Shown in pieces: positions 25,006 to 28,730 of a DNA stretch of 28,730 nucleotides. The notes below the pieces were generated by a model. It was not told where the DNA came from, did no database searches, and saw only the letters and a list, made by a program, of their open reading frames with translations. The DNA is taken from IMG/VR virus record IMGVR_UViG_3300017766_005144, positions 1-28,730 of that record; one strand, given 5' to 3'. The stretch is from a virus (Duplodnaviria > Caudoviricetes). A program made the position numbers and the translations under genes. Each line of letters begins with the position of its first letter. The first letter of the stretch is position 1.

Positions 25006-27122
25006 AGAAGTTGATTGAGATCTGTTTCTACTGCGGAACCGGAGTCGGCCTCGATCTTGCGCTCCTTGAGCTTCAATATGATCTCGCCGAGGTTGAGGAA
25101 CACATTGCGCACCGACTCTTCCATGGAGGGCAGGTCTTCCTGGCTGAATCGCTCGGCAAACTTGTCACCGTGGAAAAGCATGAGGAAGTAGATGCGGCCC
25201 AGTCTGTCCAGGGCCAGCTGAAGATCCGCCATGTATCTGTCGAGCGGCGTGTCGATGTCCGACTTGTTGATCAGCTCGGAGATGTTGGCGATGTCGAATA
25301 CCTCGCGGTCTCCTGACTGGGCAGCCTGCATGATGGCGTCTACGCTGGGTTGAGGGAGCGTAGGGCCGGCATTTCCCATGCCGGTCAGGCTGTTCATGAT
25401 GTTCTGGTCCTGCACATCGCCAGGCATTCCCTGCATGGCATTCATAGTGTTTGCCTGCGGATACTGCTCCGGGACACCGAGCACTGGGTTCATGCCCATC
25501 GGCACCGGAGGCACCTGCGGGTTGAACACCATTCCCGGGTCAAAAGGCTGAGCGCGCTTCTCAAGCTGCATCACGATGGTGTCGAGCGAGTGAGACGCCT
25601 GAACGGCCTTCGTGGCCTCGGAGGCCTTGACATGAAGGTCCTTGACCAGCCGAATGACGGCGCTTTCATAGGTCGGCTCGTAGCCTACAAGCCGGCCATT
25701 GCTGCTGATCTTGTAGCCGTATCGGTCCTTGGCCACCTTCACCTCGTCGAAAAGACCCTTGATCTTTGCGTCGATGTCTCGGGCCGTGCCAAGCCGAACA
25801 CCATTGCAGCTGTAGGGCTTCATGGAGTAGCAGAGCACCTTTGCAGCCTCAGGCACGTACAATGTGTCGTCGGACATGTGCATCTTGCGGTATGCCTTGG
25901 AGACCACCACTGAACGGATGCAGTAGGGCTTTCCGCAACGAACGTTGTACGACTTGGTGTTGTCCGACTCTACCGGAGTTTCAAGGCAGAATGGCCCCAT
26001 GGCCTGCCTACCGTCGGCCTCGAAGAAGATGCAGTGCGGAGCCGGAGCATCGTACTTTCCTCCTTCGGGGCTTGACTTTGCGGAAGTAGCCGGAGCCAGT
26101 CCGTCGACGAATTTCTCAAACTCGACGTCGTGGTCCGCACTTGACGCCACGAACAGATCGGTGGACTTGACCTGACAGCTATTCTTCTTGTCATCAAGAG
26201 GAATGAACATGTAGTTGCTGCCATCGTCCGACGGAGTCATGGTAGGCACCGCAACGGCCTTGGCGAAGCTGCCGCCAGGCATGAGCACGTCGTAAGCTCC
26301 TGGGCCCAACGCAGCTCCAAGCACCATCGGCTTCTGGATCTTGTATGGGATGCGGCCGTCAGTGCGGTTGTCTCGAACGACGAATCCGTCCTCAATCAGG
26401 GACTTTCGTTCGGAATCAGAAAGATCCTGGAGCACCGTGTCGTCGCTAGTGGACACCACGACCTCGACATCAGGTACTTTCTTGGTGTCCAGGACGATGT
26501 TCTCGGCCTTCTTGCATTCGCTGAGGGCGTCGTAAAGAGCAGCACCGTAGGCATCGGAAGCCAGCTTGTGCAGCTTGGAGTTCTTCATCAGGGTACGGGC
26601 ATACCTGTCGGACAGGGTGCAGTCGGCTTGCTTGAGGAAGTCGAGGAACGACAACGTCTTGGCAGGCGACAGGCTTGCCATCTTGGAGAAGCTCAGCTTG
26701 GTGTTCTGCGTGGTGTTGTAGATCTTGCTGAGGTCAAAACCGCTGTTTGCACCGGTCATGATCTCCATGCGGGACATCTCTGACGGGCTGCCTAGCTCCT
26801 CGGGCCGGGAGTTCAGCACCGCATCAACCCAGTTCTCCTTGTTTGGCACAAAGGTGTCCTGGTTGCGGTTGTACAGCAGATCGGCTCCCTTGAGCTCTCC
26901 GTTCTTGTAGAAGACCGGAATGTACAGCTCACGACCACCTATGTCGAACTTGAACAAGCCGATTGCCTGGGTTCCTTCGTCGTTCTTGTTGACGACTTCG
27001 AAACCAAGCATGTATTCAAGCAGGTTGGGAATCTTGTCCCTGACATAGGAAAATGCCAGTTGAAAGAAGTTCTGCTCGAATGTTGCGTCATCTGCCCGCT
27101 TGATGAATTGCTTTCGGCTCAT
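25002..27122 (-). CDS. Large hypothetical head-module protein (706 aa)
   Basis: Start reassigned to ATG 27122 because the track's TTG at 27173 lies in a hairpin. Globular N-terminus (LGFEVVNKNDEGTQAIGLF...YIPVFYKNGELKG), Pro/Met/Gln-rich linker and helical C-terminus; about 9 K-x-A sites. Confidence 0.65.
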   Translation of the reverse strand: MSRKQFIKRADDATFEQNFFQLAFSYVRDKIPNLLEYMLGFEVVNKNDEGTQAIGLFKFDIGGRELYIPVFYKNGELKGADLLYNRNQDTFVPNKENWVDAVLNSRPEELGSPSEMSRMEIMTGANSGFDLSKIYNTTQNTKLSFSKMASLSPAKTLSFLDFLKQADCTLSDRYARTLMKNSKLHKLASDAYGAALYDALSECKKAENIVLDTKKVPDVEVVVSTSDDTVLQDLSDSERKSLIEDGFVVRDNRTDGRIPYKIQKPMVLGAALGPGAYDVLMPGGSFAKAVAVPTMTPSDDGSNYMFIPLDDKKNSCQVKSTDLFVASSADHDVEFEKFVDGLAPATSAKSSPEGGKYDAPAPHCIFFEADGRQAMGPFCLETPVESDNTKSYNVRCGKPYCIRSVVVSKAYRKMHMSDDTLYVPEAAKVLCYSMKPYSCNGVRLGTARDIDAKIKGLFDEVKVAKDRYGYKISSNGRLVGYEPTYESAVIRLVKDLHVKASEATKAVQASHSLDTIVMQLEKRAQPFDPGMVFNPQVPPVPMGMNPVLGVPEQYPQANTMNAMQGMPGDVQDQNIMNSLTGMGNAGPTLPQPSVDAIMQAAQSGDREVFDIANISELINKSDIDTPLDRYMADLQLALDRLGRIYFLMLFHGDKFAERFSQEDLPSMEESVRNVFLNLGEIILKLKERKIEADSGSAVETDLNQLL

Positions 27123-27143
27123 TCTTGTGGTCTCAGGGTTAAT

Positions 27144-27173
27144 TTGCAGCAAGGAACTCAATCCTTGCTGCAA
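27144..27173 (-). terminator. Hairpin after 193-aa gene
   Basis: TTGCAGCAAGGA-TTGAGT-TCCTTGCTGCAA: perfect 12-bp stem starting 10 nt after the stop codon, with no clear U-tract. Confidence 0.65.
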
Positions 27174-27182
27174 GGAATAATA

Positions 27183-27764
27183 TTACGAAGAGAAGTGCGC
27201 GATTGCAACCACGAGAGTCACGATATCACCTGCGCCCGCGTTGCTGAGCGAGACCGAGATCGTACCTGGAACAGTGTTGAGGTTCGCGTCAGTGCCGTTG
27301 AGCGTGACTTCCTTGGCCTTGCCTGAGGTAGCTGAGGCTGCAGTCAAGGTCTGTGCTGCGGCGACAATCGAGGTTCCTGCAACGGTTGCAGTGATGGCTT
27401 CGTCGCCTGCGGCGCCAGCCTCGGTCATTGCAAAGATGCCGACTACACGACCTGGAGCAAGCGCTGCAGTAGTCTGGGCGGTACCGGCACCGTTGAAGCG
27501 GAAGTGATAGAGGCTGACTCCATTCTTTCCGTACTTTACCGCACCGGAAGCAAGGTCACGGTTAAGGGCCTGCTTTGCAAGCACTCCGGACCAGTCCATA
27601 TCGCGCTCCTGGAGGACGAGGACTTCGTCTGCGGTGAACTTCTTGCCGTTTGGGCCAGCGTATGCAAAGAAACGCTCTCCGCCAGAGGTGTTCTTGAACA
27701 CGTGGGTTGCGAGAAGGAACTTACGATAATTCTCAAGATCTGCCAAAAGATTGCTGTTTGCCAT
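27183..27764 (-). CDS. Hypothetical Ala/Gly/Thr-rich protein, probably an abundant virion surface protein
   Basis: 193 aa with its own extended -10, AAGGA SD and 3' hairpin. The C-terminal half is beta-sandwich-like. Confidence 0.55.
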   Translation of the reverse strand: MANSNLLADLENYRKFLLATHVFKNTSGGERFFAYAGPNGKKFTADEVLVLQERDMDWSGVLAKQALNRDLASGAVKYGKNGVSLYHFRFNGAGTAQTTAALAPGRVVGIFAMTEAGAAGDEAITATVAGTSIVAAAQTLTAASATSGKAKEVTLNGTDANLNTVPGTISVSLSNAGAGDIVTLVVAIAHFSS

Positions 27765-27838
27765 GGTTTACATCCTTTTTGTGTAAATTGAAAGGGTCTT
27801 ATTTAGACTAGTCCCAATCTACTACTAGTTTTGAGCAA

Positions 27839-27847
27839 ATTATATCA
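27839..27847 (-). promoter_or_regulatory. Extended -10 promoter TGATATAAT
   Basis: Perfect TGnTATAAT 7 nt after the RNAP stop codon, heading the head module. No -35. Confidence 0.65.
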
Positions 27848-27854
27848 AACTTTC

Positions 27855-28730
27855 TCAGTAGGTGCCTGACGGGCCTTTTGAAATCTCTCCAGTTGCCAGC
27901 GCTGGAATCCAGGAAGTGCCGTGAATGTTCGAAGAAGATCCCCGCTGCACATTGTCGAGGAACGTCTTCTTGAGGTTGAATCCGCCAAGTTGAACCATCC
28001 AATCTCTGTCACCTACCAGGGACATCATTGCACGAGTCATGGTGGGTTTGAACGGAGGCGGATTCTTATGAGTGATTACTTCGTTGAATCCCGCTTCATT
28101 TAAATCTTTTACAACCGATGGAGTGATGCGAGTGCCGATGGAATAGTGCAGCACTGGCTTTTCCAGATAATGATTCATAAACTTATCTGGCTTGCCTATT
28201 ACGTGGCCTTCCCTTGGCTCGTACCTGGAAGCCACATAATCGTAGCTGACGATGTCCTCTGGGTAGACACCTGGAACCGCATCCGGTTCCATAATCTCGA
28301 CTTGATTGATAAGGCCTCTGGCCACTACCTCGACGTTTCGTCGGTGCACAGGCAGATTGTTTTCCTGCAGCGCCGACTTGAACTGCTGCACAAAGCGGCG
28401 TCGTGCCTCGCCAATACCCTTGAGCTCGGCAAGATCCTTGGGATTTACTATTCCATCAGACAGTGCGTCGCCTGCCTCTAGCGACTGCCCGGGCTTCACG
28501 GACACTGTCTGATCAGCGGGTACATAGTAGCGCTCGTCGTTCACATAGACGTAGTTTCCACCCTGAGGGGCGTTCTCCACCTTACCGACAATACCGTCAG
28601 CCTTGGAGACAGGAGCGCCGTCAGTGAAGGTCTTTGGCACCTCCACCAATTGATTTAAATAAGCAAATCCGGTGACGGTACGGCCTTTCTTGCCCTTGGC
28701 TACACCGCCGGAGTGCTTGGAGTTCAACAT
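27855..28730 (-). CDS. DNA-directed RNA polymerase beta' subunit-like protein, C-terminal part (probably 5'-truncated by window edge)
   Basis: Colinear with RpoC C-terminal motifs: LNSKHSGGVA (trigger loop, MRTFHxGGxA), VTGFAYLNQLVEV (ITGGLPRVAELFEA), VKPGQSLEAGDALSDGIVNPKDL, VHRRNVEVVARGLINQVEI (INDKHIEVIVRQMLRKV), DWMVQLGG...WIPALATG (SFISAASF...IPAGTG). Too divergent to be a host rpoC. Confidence 0.88.
   Translation of the reverse strand: MLNSKHSGGVAKGKKGRTVTGFAYLNQLVEVPKTFTDGAPVSKADGIVGKVENAPQGGNYVYVNDERYYVPADQTVSVKPGQSLEAGDALSDGIVNPKDLAELKGIGEARRRFVQQFKSALQENNLPVHRRNVEVVARGLINQVEIMEPDAVPGVYPEDIVSYDYVASRYEPREGHVIGKPDKFMNHYLEKPVLHYSIGTRITPSVVKDLNEAGFNEVITHKNPPPFKPTMTRAMMSLVGDRDWMVQLGGFNLKKTFLDNVQRGSSSNIHGTSWIPALATGEISKGPSGTY

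Larger units (their letters stand above)
1..28730 (-). mobile_element. Structural/morphogenesis region of a large contractile-tailed phage (myovirus-like Caudoviricetes) encoding its own multisubunit RNA polymerase
   Basis: 28 co-oriented, abutting or overlapping minus-strand genes in the order RNAP beta' - head - neck - fibres - terminator - sheath - tube - spike. No host housekeeping genes, integrase or att sites are visible, so free phage versus prophage cannot be decided. Confidence 0.93.

Noticed and set aside
27123-27173. TTG start at 27173 for the 723-aa ORF
   Set aside because: The extra 17 codons run through a perfect 12-bp hairpin and have no SD, so ATG 27122 is preferred.
113-28512. 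Numerous plus-strand ORFs, including poly-Pro ORFs at 5912-7841
   Set aside because: They are antisense shadows of minus-strand genes that already tile the window. The poly-Pro runs are the reverse complement of poly-Gly codons.
27855-28730. Host rpoC at a prophage boundary, or a complete 291-aa gene
   Set aside because: Near-invariant bacterial motifs are substituted and no ribosomal protein genes follow. The Met at 28730 coincides with the window edge and lies within the trigger helix, so it is probably internal.
1-28730. Stop-codon reassignment, introns or inteins
   Set aside because: Genes tile the window intact under the standard bacterial code, with no fragmented ORFs, homing endonuclease motifs or intein motifs seen.

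Overview
The whole window is one co-oriented (minus-strand), densely packed virion morphogenesis region of a large myovirus-like tailed phage. All long plus-strand ORFs look like shadows. In transcription order (right to left) it carries: (1) the C-terminal part of a divergent, phage-type multisubunit RNA polymerase beta' subunit; (2) a head module with several unknown proteins, a prohead protease with a Cys/His zinc-ribbon insert, an acidic scaffold-like protein, a decoration-like protein and an HK97-fold major capsid protein; (3) two neck proteins; (4) a fibre cassette placed inside the neck region (two fibres with the same N-terminal docking module, a coiled-coil protein, an adaptor, three Gly-rich paralogs and a small assembly-like protein); (5) tail terminator, contractile sheath and tube; (6) a gp5/VgrG-like OB-fold protein running off the left edge that the ORF track misses. 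The strongest unannotated signals are a K-x-A motif concentrated in head-module proteins (probable protease cleavage code), a possible daisy-chained neck fibre built through C-terminal DGGxY pegs, a recurring TGGTATAAT-like extended -10 promoter, and a promoter/terminator/SD-occluding hairpin in front of the spike gene. All product calls come from motif recognition and gene order, with no database searches, and all counts were made by eye.
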